This document shows positions 9,025 to 17,473 of a DNA stretch of 64,000 bases, one piece after another; position 1 is the stretch's first letter; the number at the start of each line of letters is the position of its first letter. This stretch comes from an uncultured Clostridia bacterium (GTDB lineage Bacteria; Bacillota; Clostridia; UBA1381), in contig CANQKM010000007.1 of assembly GCA_947624485.1 (NCBI GenBank), forward strand, positions 64,760-128,759, in the 5' to 3' direction. The notes below the pieces were generated by a model, which did not search any database, was not told the DNA's origin, and saw only the letters and a program-made list of their open reading frames with translations. The position numbers and the translations under genes were made by a program.

Positions 9025-10311
9025 TTATTTTACGGAAGCGTTGTTTACAATCATGTCGATTGTTTTCTGTATTTCGAGATCCTTCTTTATATTTTCCTTC
9101 TCGTCGTCCGAAAGCGCTTCCTTGAGCTTGTCAAGCTCCATGTTGTACTTCTTTGCCATATCGACAAGGTGAAGCTCCAGTTCCTCGGGGCCCGCTTCTA
9201 TTCCCTCTTCCTTCGCTATCGCTTCAAGCACGAGCGAGCCTGAAAGCTGCTGCTTCGCCTGCTCCGTAAACTGCGCTCTGAACGTTTCGGGCGTCTGACC
9301 TGTGTACTGCATGTACATTTCAAGCGTCATACCCTGGTACGCGATTCTCTGCGAGAAATCTCTTACGATGTTGTCGATCTGCGCCTCGACCATCTTTTCG
9401 GGAAGCTCGAACTCGGCGTTCTCGACAACCTTGTTTATTATGGCGTTTTCCGTTTCGGTTCTCGCCTTGTTTTCGGCAGCTTCCTCGAGCTTCTTTCTGA
9501 TGTCCGCCTTGTACTCGTCAAGCGTGTCAAACTCGCTGACCTCGCTCGCGAAATCGTCGTCAACCTCGGGAAGCTCGCGCTTCTTTATCTCGTGTACGTG
9601 TACCTTGAAAAGCGCGTCCTTACCCGCGAGAGCGTCCGAATGGTACTCCTCGGGGAACGTTACGTTTACCTCTACGTCCGAATCCGCGTTTGCGCCAACA
9701 AGCTGCTCCTCAAAGCCGGGAATAAATGTGCCGCTGCCGATTTCAAGCTCGTAGCCCTCGCCCTTGCCGCCTTCAAACGGCTCGCCGTCCGAAAAGCCCT
9801 CAAAGTCGATCACCGCTATGTCGCCGTTCTCGATAGGTCTGTCCTCAACGGTTATAAGTCTCGCGTTCTTCTGTCTTGCCGCCTCGATGTCCTTGTCAAC
9901 ATCCTCGTCTGTTACAGTATAGTCAATTTTATCCACATCTATACCCTTGTAATCGCCGAGTGTAACCTCCGGCTTTGTCGTAACAAGCGCGGTGAACACG
10001 ACCGGCTCGCCCTTTGTTATATCCTCAACGTCTATTTCGGGGCGCGCCACCGACTCAACACCCGACTCCCTAAGAGCCGCCTCGTAAGCGTCGGGGAGAA
10101 CGTCGTTGATCGCCTCGTCATAGAACACAGCCGCCGTGTAGTACTTCTCGACTATCGCGCGGGGAGCCTTGCCCTTTCTGTAGCCGGGAACGTTGAAGCG
10201 GTTAGCGTTCTTTCTGTACGCCCTGTTTATAGCCTTGTCAAATTCCTCATAGCTTACGTCAAACGTGAGCTTGACCAAATTCTTCTCTACCTGTTCTGTT
10301 TTCACTGCCAT
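9025..10311 (-). CDS. tig: Trigger factor
   Basis: 428 aa with the FRPGKAP-like motif (PGYRKGKAP), a central FKBP region, and the conserved order tig-clpP-clpX. Confidence 0.95.
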   Translation of the reverse strand: MAVKTEQVEKNLVKLTFDVSYEEFDKAINRAYRKNANRFNVPGYRKGKAPRAIVEKYYTAAVFYDEAINDVLPDAYEAALRESGVESVARPEIDVEDITKGEPVVFTALVTTKPEVTLGDYKGIDVDKIDYTVTDEDVDKDIEAARQKNARLITVEDRPIENGDIAVIDFEGFSDGEPFEGGKGEGYELEIGSGTFIPGFEEQLVGANADSDVEVNVTFPEEYHSDALAGKDALFKVHVHEIKKRELPEVDDDFASEVSEFDTLDEYKADIRKKLEEAAENKARTETENAIINKVVENAEFELPEKMVEAQIDNIVRDFSQRIAYQGMTLEMYMQYTGQTPETFRAQFTEQAKQQLSGSLVLEAIAKEEGIEAGPEELELHLVDMAKKYNMELDKLKEALSDDEKENIKKDLEIQKTIDMIVNNASVK

Positions 10312-10443
10312 AGTGATGATTTCCTCCTTAGATTTTGTCCGTTTCCGTTACGGACATATTTACCAGCGTACATTGTACCACACTTTTTCCCCGATTGCAA
10401 CGACTTTTTCGGATAATTTTCAAATTGTTAATAATTGGTTAAG

Positions 10444-10470
10444 AAAAAGCGCCGCGTTTTCGCGCGGCGC
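10444..10470 (-). terminator. Intrinsic terminator after the DUF308 gene
   Basis: GCGCCGCG-TTTTC-GCGCGGCGC hairpin followed by TTTTTCTT on the minus strand. Confidence 0.7.
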
Positions 10471-10490
10471 GTGTGTAAATCGGATTTTTC

Positions 10491-11024
10491 TTATTTTATG
10501 TTTCTTGCGTTCCAGCCGAGGATTATCATATCCGCACCGGTTTCGATAAGGTATATGCCTATCCACAGACCTATAAGCGCTGCCGAAACGATCGGCTTTA
10601 TGCAGGACACTATTCCGAGCAGCACGCCCAGCACGCCCAGAATTATGCCGAATATCCATTCCCTGCCGCCGGACACTCTTTTCATGTTGAGCGAGAGGAA
10701 CATGGTCACAAGTCCCTTGATTATGAACCAGAACGACACGATATAAAGCGCCGCACCGCCCGCGACAATGCGCATACCGGGTATGAACAGCACCGCGCCC
10801 GCTATTACGGACAGTATGCCGAACAGCATATTCACGCCGTATTCCTTGTCTCGCACAGCCTGTACCACGTTCATTACGCCGTACACGATCATCATCGCGG
10901 CGGCGATCACAATCGTTATGTAACCCGTTCCGACAAACGTCATGACCGGCGCGAACACGCACGATATTCCGCCCAGTACCATTACTATTCCCAATACAAT
11001 CATTAAAACAGCCATTTTTTTCAT
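10491..11024 (-). CDS. HdeD/DUF308-family small membrane protein
   Basis: 177 aa with six evenly spaced hydrophobic helices and the repeated G..L.I.G...I pattern of DUF308. Confidence 0.65.
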   Translation of the reverse strand: MKKMAVLMIVLGIVMVLGGISCVFAPVMTFVGTGYITIVIAAAMMIVYGVMNVVQAVRDKEYGVNMLFGILSVIAGAVLFIPGMRIVAGGAALYIVSFWFIIKGLVTMFLSLNMKRVSGGREWIFGIILGVLGVLLGIVSCIKPIVSAALIGLWIGIYLIETGADMIILGWNARNIK

Positions 11025-11100
11025 CCTTTCATGCTTTGCATTTTAGCTAACGGTACTATTATACATCATTGGCAAGCGTATTGCAAGATGAATTTTTTTG

Positions 11101-11320
11101 GCGGGCGACCGCATCTACAACACCCGTTGTCAATGGACAACTCCGTAGGGGCGAACCGCGTTCGCCCGTTTCCAATGTATCGCAGCACACAAACCCCTCC
11201 GACGCCTACGGCGCCACCTCCCCTAGTAGGGGAGGCATACGGTGAGGCTCCCCTACTAGGGGAGCTGTCACACGTAGTGTGACTGAGGGGTTTTAACGGG
11301 CGACCAGTGGTCGCCCCTAC
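11101..11320. repeat. GC-rich multi-hairpin intergenic repeat, copy A
   Basis: Contains the GGGCGAAC-CGC-GTTCGCCC and GGGCGACC-AGT-GGTCGCCC hairpins. Also contains two CTCCCCTA-N-TAGGGGAG hairpins and a GTCACAC-GTA-GTGTGAC hairpin, enclosed by AACCCCTC...GAGGGGTT. Confidence 0.8.
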
Positions 11321-11815
11321 TTAATCTATACCGAACATAGCGCGGCAGAGCCGCTTTCCCGTTTCGGTCCTGAAAATTTTATCGTACGCCGCCTTAACCG
11401 CGGACACCGATTCGCCGTTTTCATACAGATTTACGAGAAAATCAGCCTCGATAAGTATCTGATAATCCGCGCCGTCTATGTCGGTATATGTATGATGATG
11501 CGCGACAAGATAACACACGCGTGCTGTAACATCACGGTCAAAGCCGAGTTCCTCAAGCATTTCCTCAGCAATCGGAGGTCCAAGCTCCTCCTGATAATGT
11601 CCGGCGGAGCTTCCGTAAATCTCCTCAGCTTTCTTTATCCCGATGTCATGCACGAGCGCGGCGGTTTCGAGAGTGAAAAGCTCCTTCTCCGAAAGTCCCT
11701 CACTCACGCCGATAAGACGCGCGAACGCGTGGACCTTGATAAAATGCTGCACCCTCGCGGGATCGGCGGTGTAGTATTCGGTCATTTTGAATGTGAGTTG
11801 TTCCAGCTTTGACAT
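11321..11815 (-). CDS. HD-domain metal-dependent phosphohydrolase
   Basis: 164 aa. H..HDIG motif (LVHDIGIKK) and a downstream HHH/D cluster (YLVAHHHTYTDIDGADY). Confidence 0.75.
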   Translation of the reverse strand: MSKLEQLTFKMTEYYTADPARVQHFIKVHAFARLIGVSEGLSEKELFTLETAALVHDIGIKKAEEIYGSSAGHYQEELGPPIAEEMLEELGFDRDVTARVCYLVAHHHTYTDIDGADYQILIEADFLVNLYENGESVSAVKAAYDKIFRTETGKRLCRAMFGID

Positions 11816-11862
11816 GGTGTATGCCTCCTTTGTTGGTGGGGTAAATTATGATTTAGCGGTAA

Positions 11863-12064
11863 AATGCGGGCGACCGCAAGGGTCGCCCCTACGGCGCACA
11901 ATTTATAAAATACGGGTGTAGGGGCGACCCTCGCGGTCGCCCGTTAAAACCCCTCAGTCACTTCGTGACAGCTCCCCTAGTAGGGGAGCCATACGGTGAG
12001 CGCCGCATATCGCAAGCCTCCCCTACTAGGGGAGGTGGCGGCAAAGCCGTCGGAGGGGTTTTAT
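11863..12064. repeat. GC-rich multi-hairpin intergenic repeat, copy B (right part is the inverted image of copy A)
   Basis: The 39-nt block 11863-11901 is identical to 14841-14879. The reverse complement of 11192-11320 matches 11918-12064 arm for arm, with differing loops. Confidence 0.8.
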
Positions 12065-12087
12065 ACATATAAATCACAATTTACCAC

Positions 12088-12121
12088 AAAATATACCCAT
12101 GGTTTCCCATGGGTATATTTT
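12088..12121. terminator. Perfect 15-bp hairpin downstream of the anti-sigma gene
   Basis: AAAATATACCCATGG-TTTC-CCATGGGTATATTTT. The A/T-rich ends give U-tracts in both directions. Confidence 0.7.
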
Positions 12122-12153
12122 ATCACATTTCCTCAAATTCCGCAATTACAATT

Positions 12154-13641
12154 TTACCTCAATTCCACTGTGACCGCCTTATCCTCGTCAAGCACATAGC
12201 CGTTTACGGTTGTGACTTCGAGTGCGGTGAAATTCTTCTTTATCGCCTCGGCGCTCACGCTGTCATCCATGGGTATGCGGTTGCCGTTCTCGTCGTGCGC
12301 GTCGTAGGAGAACACGTCGGTGTAGGAATTTGTGTCATGATGCACCTCGGTGTTGAGCAGGCAGCCGAGCTTGCCGCCGGGTTCCGCGCTTTCGCCGTTG
12401 TCGTTTAACAACTCGAAATACGGGCCGTACTTCACGTAGCCGTCGATGTAATAATCCACCTCGACGCGTCCGTCGTACACGCGCACGTCGGTTATTACCG
12501 TCTTGCCGTGCTCACTATCGACCGCGAACGGGTACGTTATGTCGGCAAGCTTTACCGTCGTTTTCGCCGCCCTTTTGTCACTCTCCGGCTCTACGTAATG
12601 CGTCGGCACGATTTTGAGCTTTTTCGTATTCGCGTCCGCCTTTAGGAACTCGAATGAGTTAAGCGACGAGCCGTCAGCCCCCATGCTCGCGCCCGCGTTC
12701 AGCATATCGAGGCACGTTCCGTTTTCGTCGAACAGCGCGAAATCATCAACTGCGCGAAGCAGGTAATCGGAGCTGTCCTCGTCGGGATCTCCGTTCACTT
12801 CGGTGCGGACTATGATTTGATTGCCGAACGGCGAGAACACCGCCTTGTCAAGTATTATACCGCTGTCGAGCGTAACGCCTATGCCGCGCGACGCGGTTTC
12901 GACCTCCGCCGCCGACTTGTCAACGTCGGCGCACACATACCAAACGCCCGCCTTCTGCTCGTCGGTGATTTCCGACGCTATGTCCTTCCAAATGAGGTTA
13001 AACGGCGAATCGTCGGGCAGCGCGGTTTTGAATGAGGAATTTGTTTCACCGAACAGCTCAACCTTGAAATTATCGGGTATCGTCTCGGTCGAGATATTGT
13101 ATTTTCTCATAGCCTTATAGGTGTACTCGTCGGCGAAATAGCCGTCGGAGCTGTTATTGTTGCCGAAGCCGGCGACATTCCCGTTTATTATGCACTCCGT
13201 CCACAAAAGCCTATCCCAGACCTCATTTGAGTATTGGTTGTCGCCCTCGTAAAACGGGGTATCCGATGTTATCGTGTAGAATACATGAACGAAATTGTCG
13301 TCAGCCGCCACGTTGTCGAGCGTAAGCGTGATGCCGTCCTTCGTAACGCTCGCGCCGATCTCCTCGTTGAATTTCGCGAGTTCTTCAAGGCTCGTAATCT
13401 CCTTTGACTGCTCGTTTTGGAAATACGCCATAATGCTTGAAATTGCCTCCTGACCCGCCGGACTTGCCGCGAACGCGGCCGCCGACGCTATAACCGTTAT
13501 TGCCGCCGCTATGAGTGCGGTCTTTAATGCTCTGCGTTTCATATATAGCTTCCTTTCCGGAGGATCGGCGCTGAGTGACGCGTGTACGCGCCGTTTAATA
13601 TCCTTCGGCTCGATTTTAAATTCCATAAGCTCCTTTTTCAT
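12154..13641 (-). CDS. Putative anti-sigma factor / DUF4179-like single-pass membrane protein with large extracytoplasmic domain
   Basis: Its start overlaps the sigma-factor stop by 4 nt. It has a short cytoplasmic N-terminus, a TM helix (ALKTALIAAAITVIASAAAFA), then ~420 aa outside the membrane. Confidence 0.6.
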   Translation of the reverse strand: MKKELMEFKIEPKDIKRRVHASLSADPPERKLYMKRRALKTALIAAAITVIASAAAFAASPAGQEAISSIMAYFQNEQSKEITSLEELAKFNEEIGASVTKDGITLTLDNVAADDNFVHVFYTITSDTPFYEGDNQYSNEVWDRLLWTECIINGNVAGFGNNNSSDGYFADEYTYKAMRKYNISTETIPDNFKVELFGETNSSFKTALPDDSPFNLIWKDIASEITDEQKAGVWYVCADVDKSAAEVETASRGIGVTLDSGIILDKAVFSPFGNQIIVRTEVNGDPDEDSSDYLLRAVDDFALFDENGTCLDMLNAGASMGADGSSLNSFEFLKADANTKKLKIVPTHYVEPESDKRAAKTTVKLADITYPFAVDSEHGKTVITDVRVYDGRVEVDYYIDGYVKYGPYFELLNDNGESAEPGGKLGCLLNTEVHHDTNSYTDVFSYDAHDENGNRIPMDDSVSAEAIKKNFTALEVTTVNGYVLDEDKAVTVELR

Positions 13642-14186
13642 TGCCGTGCCTCCTTTTTCATCAAAATTTCCCTTAATTTTATCCTTCCTCGGCGGAGCTT
13701 CGTTTTAACGGTTGACTGATTTATCCCCGTCGCGGCTGATATTTTCGACACCTTCTCGCCGTACCAGTAGCGGCGCAGGAATATTTCGCCGTCGGTTTCG
13801 CCAAGCTCGCGTATAAGGCTTACGAACGCCCTTTTATCCTCGTTTTTTTCAAGCTCGTCCTCCGGCGTTCCGTACACCGACGTGACGCTTTCGCTTATGG
13901 GTTCGGCGCTGACCGCTTCACGCAGCTTTTTTCTCGCGCAGTTGCGCGCCATTGCCGCAAGATACGCCCTAAGCCCGCCCTTTTCCGCGTCGAGCGTTTC
14001 GGCGGTGCGCCAGAGCGACACAAACGTGTCGGAAACGGCTTCCTCAACATCCTCCTTCGTCATAACGCCGCCGATTATGTTGTATATGATAACGCTGATG
14101 TACGGCGTGTATATGTCTATCGTCTTTTCAAGCGCGGAGCATTTTCTCCTTTTTAAATCCGCGAGCAGCTTTTTCTCATCCGTCAA
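13638..14186 (-). CDS. Sigma-70 family (ECF-type) RNA polymerase sigma factor
   Basis: 182 aa with region 2 (DVEEAVSDTFVSLWR) and a region 4 HTH (KVSKISAATGINQSTVKTKLRRGRIKLRE). Confidence 0.85.
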   Translation of the reverse strand: MTDEKKLLADLKRRKCSALEKTIDIYTPYISVIIYNIIGGVMTKEDVEEAVSDTFVSLWRTAETLDAEKGGLRAYLAAMARNCARKKLREAVSAEPISESVTSVYGTPEDELEKNEDKRAFVSLIRELGETDGEIFLRRYWYGEKVSKISAATGINQSTVKTKLRRGRIKLREILMKKEARQ

Positions 14187-14379
14187 CCTTTCCGCCTCCT
14201 TTGTATCGGATTAAAAACAACGTTATTTTTAAGTCGTACACCATTATATATCCAAAAAAGGCGCAAAAGGTTTCAAATTCTTAAAAATAATGTTAAAATA
14301 ATAAAAATTTCATGCACCGTGTTCTTCCTACGACGTCACGCAAAATTTCCAGAAATTTACATTTTTTTCGTAAAACCCC

Positions 14380-14408
14380 TTTACAATTTCCCGAAACAAT
14401 GATATACT
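14380..14408 (+). promoter_or_regulatory. Near-consensus sigma-A type promoter inside an AT-rich island, with no annotated gene directly behind it
   Basis: TTTACA (14380-14385), exactly 17-nt spacer, TATACT (14403-14408). Confidence 0.5.
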
Positions 14409-14632
14409 AACCATACCACATTATTTTATCGTTGTGTGCGAAAGCGCGTGACACTGTTTTTTAATACAATTTTTGCAGATATTCCGTATGGGATATTTTA
14501 TTCAACCAATTGGTTTGGCGACATTTGAAAAAATGTCGGCTTTGCATATTTGAATGCCGTGCCTTTTGGTCTTGCAGTGTTTCAAATAACGATAAAATGT
14601 GTGGTAACATTAAATCTAAGCCGCGTTTTTGT

Positions 14633-14666
14633 GCGTGGTATAGATTTATACCACGCATTTTTATTT
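14633..14666 (+). terminator. Intrinsic terminator-like hairpin immediately upstream of a micro-ORF ribosome-binding site
   Basis: 10-bp perfect stem GCGTGGTATA-GATT-TATACCACGC followed by ATTTTTATTT. Confidence 0.6.
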
Positions 14667-14685
14667 GGTTAGGGAGGTGCAGGAC

Positions 14686-14823
14686 ATGAACGAGTATGAG
14701 GAAATGTACAGGAAGCTGTTCAATAAGATTACGGACGTTATCGAGGAACTTAAAGAGGTTCAGAAACAAACCGAGGAAATGTACATAAAAGCCGCCGACA
14801 AAAAAGAAACTCCCGAAGGTTAA
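14686..14823 (+). CDS. Micro-protein, 45 aa, acidic and predicted helical (below ORF-track cutoff)
   Basis: GGGAGGTG SD lies 6 nt before the ATG. Hand translation is MNEYEEMYRKLFNKITDVIEELKEVQKQTEEMYIKAADKKETPEG. It has its own terminator. Confidence 0.5.
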   Translation: MNEYEEMYRKLFNKITDVIEELKEVQKQTEEMYIKAADKKETPEG

Positions 14824-14840
14824 TACCTCGGGAGTTTTTT
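14810..14840 (+). terminator. Intrinsic terminator of the micro-ORF
   Basis: CTCCCGA, 11-nt loop, TCGGGAG, followed by TTTTTT. The stem overlaps the last codons. Confidence 0.75.
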
Positions 14841-14959
14841 AATGCGGGCGACCGCAAGGGTCGCCCCTACGGCGCACAAATTTTATGTAGGGGCGACCCT
14901 TGCGGTCGCCCGTTTATGTGTGTGGGGCGGCGATCCGCCGCCCGCGGTTCGCCCCTACG
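14841..14959. repeat. GC-rich multi-hairpin intergenic repeat, copy C
   Basis: Its 39-nt block is identical to 11863-11901. A second hairpin module (14887-14914) is 27/28 identical to 11918-11945. Two further GC hairpins follow, the last overlapping the peptidase stop codon. Confidence 0.8.
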
Positions 14960-17357
14960 TTTTAAGCGTGACAGTAACGTCTGCCATATTATTTGCATAG
15001 CAGTCCGCGTCCTCACCTTGGTATTTGACCCATGTGGTTCGTCCCGAAACGAATGCCGTATCCGGTTCGCCCCAGACCCAGCCTTCGGGCAGCGGAATAT
15101 CCTTGTAGATGGCGTAATCGCCCGTAACCTCCATGTTCCGCTCCGGTTTGTTCGGCGGCGCGCCAGCCTGCCTTACGGAGTAGTCTATTTTGCGCGTTCC
15201 GTCGTATTTGCCTATTCCCGTCACGGTTGCATAAAACAGTCCCAAGCCTGTGGTTTCGGGGTAGTCCACTGTATAATCCTCGCCCTCGGCAAGCTCCTTG
15301 CCGTCAAAATATACGGTAAGGTCGGGGTGCGGCGGATTTTGGCTGTCATACGGCACGCTGCGGCGGTCAAAACGAATATCGGCGTATTTAAGCGAATTGC
15401 CCTTATGCTCCTCATCGGACAAGGCTTCGTTTTTCGTGAATACCTTGATTTGAGCGACGTGCGACCCTTTCAGGCGTGTATTTGTCCAGCCGTCGCCGGA
15501 ATTTGAGAAGGTCATGTCGTTGGCGGGATATTTGCCGTCGGTTTTTTCGTATTCGGTCACAACGCGTATTTTCGCTCCGTTTGTCACTTCCGCAACCGCG
15601 CTGAATACCTGGTTTTGCTCCAGTTCAACAGGTTCGGGGAGCCTTACCGTGTACGCTCCCGGGTACGCAAGCGTGTCCGACTCCGCCTCCGCGACAAGAG
15701 TGCCGGATTCGGGATCGTTGTCCTCGCTGTATATGTCGGTAAAGTCGGCTCGGGGGTTTTTGTAAATTTTTACCTTTATTTTGTAATTGCCGCCCTCGTT
15801 CACAGCCACGTTCACGCCTGTAATAAACTCGCGGCGGTCGGCAAACGCCGTTCTCGCTTCAAACATCGCCGCGGCGCGCGTGCCCGAATCGAGCGACCAG
15901 CTTGAGCTTCTCGTCACGGCGGTATCGTAGTGGTAGCTGTTATCGTACGTATCGGGCATACACATATCGAGAGCGAAGCATGCAGACAGCGGAACGTCAT
16001 ACGACACGTAATAGTAGCCGTTCGCGCCGTAACTTTTACCCCAGCTGTTTTTCAAGATCCACGCGCCGTCGCGCGTAGCGGGATTGGGTATATCGTCAAA
16101 GCAAAACCAGTCTTTATTCGTGTTGTCGTCCCAGCCGACTATAACGCTTGCGTGTCCATTGCCGACGTAGCCGTTGTTGTTATAGTAGTAGCGTGTCCCG
16201 CCGTTGCCGCAATCCCAGCATACCGCCACGCCGCCGTATTTGACAATTGCGCGCTTTAACGCGTCTATGCCGTTTTTGCTGTTGGGGACATTAACCGCGT
16301 TTTCAAGAATATACGCGGGCTTACTTATTCGCGCCTCGTCCCACTCGGACGAAAGCGCGGGCGCGCTCCAGCGAAGCATCGCGTAAACGGCATCGTGCGT
16401 TCCGGCACCCGAGTACCAGCCGACAAAGGACTCGCTATAATCGGGCAGATTGTTGCCCAATGGGTCGATGGCGGGATTTAAGAAGGCGTTGGCGAGATGC
16501 TGCTCGTTAAAGTGGAGCGTCGAGGCTGACGCGTTCGCGTCAATTCCCTTGCGCAGAATGTTTATTTCCGCCGCGCCCGTAACGGAGTACGCCCAACAGA
16601 TATTGCCTTTTTGATTTCTTACGGGCGTTATAATGCCGTAATTGCGTCCGTCAAATTTCGGCAGCTTCGCAAGAGCGTCAACAGCAGCGTCGTTGGCGGA
16701 TCGAAGCTCATCAAGGCTTTCGGGCGCGCGCGATGTGTCGATATTCGGCTCGGGCGTTGGTGTCGGTTCGGGTGTAGGCGTAGGAGTAGGAGTGGGTATT
16801 GGAGTTGGTGTCGGTGTCGGTTCAGGTGTCGGCGACGGTGAAGGCGTGGGAGTTGGTGTCGGAGTTGGCGTCGGTGTCGGTGTTGGTGTCGGCGTTGGGG
16901 TTGGTGTAGGTGTTGGCGTTGGGGTTGGCGTTGGCGTTGGGGTTGGTGTAGGCTCAACCGTTGGCGTTTGTGTCGGAATAGCCGTCGGCGTCGGCTCGGG
17001 TGCGTCCTCGCGCGTGAGCGTTGACAGCACGCCGCACGCGGGCGTCATGCTTCCCATATCCCACAAAAACAGCTTTGCCATGTCCGCCGCCGTTTCGATT
17101 GCTGTTTCCGCAAAGGCCGAGCCGTCATTCGCCGCACCGATGCTTACGCCGACGAGCCGGTTATCTGAATACACGGCTAAAATGAGCGATTGGCCGTCCT
17201 CCGCACCCGATACGGACGCAGAAAACACGCCGCCGTCAAAGCTCGTGTCGCCCCATTGAACACTGATTTCCGCGTGTACGGGAGTAACATGGCACAGCAA
17301 TAAAACCGCGCTTAAAACAAGCGCCGCAAAACGCCGTAATCCGATGCGGGTATTCAT
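14955..17357 (-). CDS. Secreted papain-like (C1 family) cysteine peptidase with N-terminal domain, Pro-Thr linker and C-terminal beta-rich domains
   Basis: Signal peptide present. Catalytic motifs are [10 protein letters not shown] (Cys), [11 protein letters not shown] (His) and WILKNSWG (Asn-Trp). An ~84-aa PT-rich linker is present. Confidence 0.85.
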   Translation of the reverse strand: MNTRIGLRRFAALVLSAVLLLCHVTPVHAEISVQWGDTSFDGGVFSASVSGAEDGQSLILAVYSDNRLVGVSIGAANDGSAFAETAIETAADMAKLFLWDMGSMTPACGVLSTLTREDAPEPTPTAIPTQTPTVEPTPTPTPTPTPTPTPTPTPTPTPTPTPTPTPTPTPTPSPSPTPEPTPTPTPIPTPTPTPTPEPTPTPEPNIDTSRAPESLDELRSANDAAVDALAKLPKFDGRNYGIITPVRNQKGNICWAYSVTGAAEINILRKGIDANASASTLHFNEQHLANAFLNPAIDPLGNNLPDYSESFVGWYSGAGTHDAVYAMLRWSAPALSSEWDEARISKPAYILENAVNVPNSKNGIDALKRAIVKYGGVAVCWDCGNGGTRYYYNNNGYVGNGHASVIVGWDDNTNKDWFCFDDIPNPATRDGAWILKNSWGKSYGANGYYYVSYDVPLSACFALDMCMPDTYDNSYHYDTAVTRSSSWSLDSGTRAAAMFEARTAFADRREFITGVNVAVNEGGNYKIKVKIYKNPRADFTDIYSEDNDPESGTLVAEAESDTLAYPGAYTVRLPEPVELEQNQVFSAVAEVTNGAKIRVVTEYEKTDGKYPANDMTFSNSGDGWTNTRLKGSHVAQIKVFTKNEALSDEEHKGNSLKYADIRFDRRSVPYDSQNPPHPDLTVYFDGKELAEGEDYTVDYPETTGLGLFYATVTGIGKYDGTRKIDYSVRQAGAPPNKPERNMEVTGDYAIYKDIPLPEGWVWGEPDTAFVSGRTTWVKYQGEDADCYANNMADVTVTLKT
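16752..17003 (-). repeat. Coding low-complexity tandem repeat (Pro-Thr linker; hexanucleotide GGTGTY-type units on the + strand)
   Basis: Residues ~119-202 are (PT)n with occasional E/S/I, encoded by long runs of near-identical 6-nt units. Confidence 0.9.
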
Positions 17358-17432
17358 GTCAGCCGCCCCCTCCCCGTAAATTTTCGTTATATATTATCTT
17401 ATCATATTTCGGGTGAAAACGCAACAGTGAAT

Positions 17433-17461
17433 AAAAAAGCGGTTCTTGCGAACCGCTTTTT
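17433..17461. terminator. Bidirectional intrinsic terminator downstream of leuA
   Basis: AAAAAA-GCGGTTC-TTGC-GAACCGC-TTTTT. Confidence 0.8.
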
Positions 17462-17473
17462 AACATTTTGATT

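Noticed and set aside
14461-14769. 102-aa ORF on the minus strand in the AT-rich island
   Set aside because: It has no SD. It overlaps the better-supported + strand micro-ORF and both terminator hairpins. Its composition looks like the chance open frame expected in AT-rich DNA.
11101-14959. Integron-like gene cassettes separated by attC-like imperfect palindromes
   Set aside because: There is no integrase or attI. The bracketed genes have mixed content and their own promoters. The repeats lack the RYYYAAC/GTTRRRY core arrangement and are composite multi-hairpin units more like REP/MITE elements.
16642-17259. 205-aa Gly-Val repeat ORF on the + strand
   Set aside because: It is the antisense reading of the Pro-Thr linker array of the C1 peptidase.
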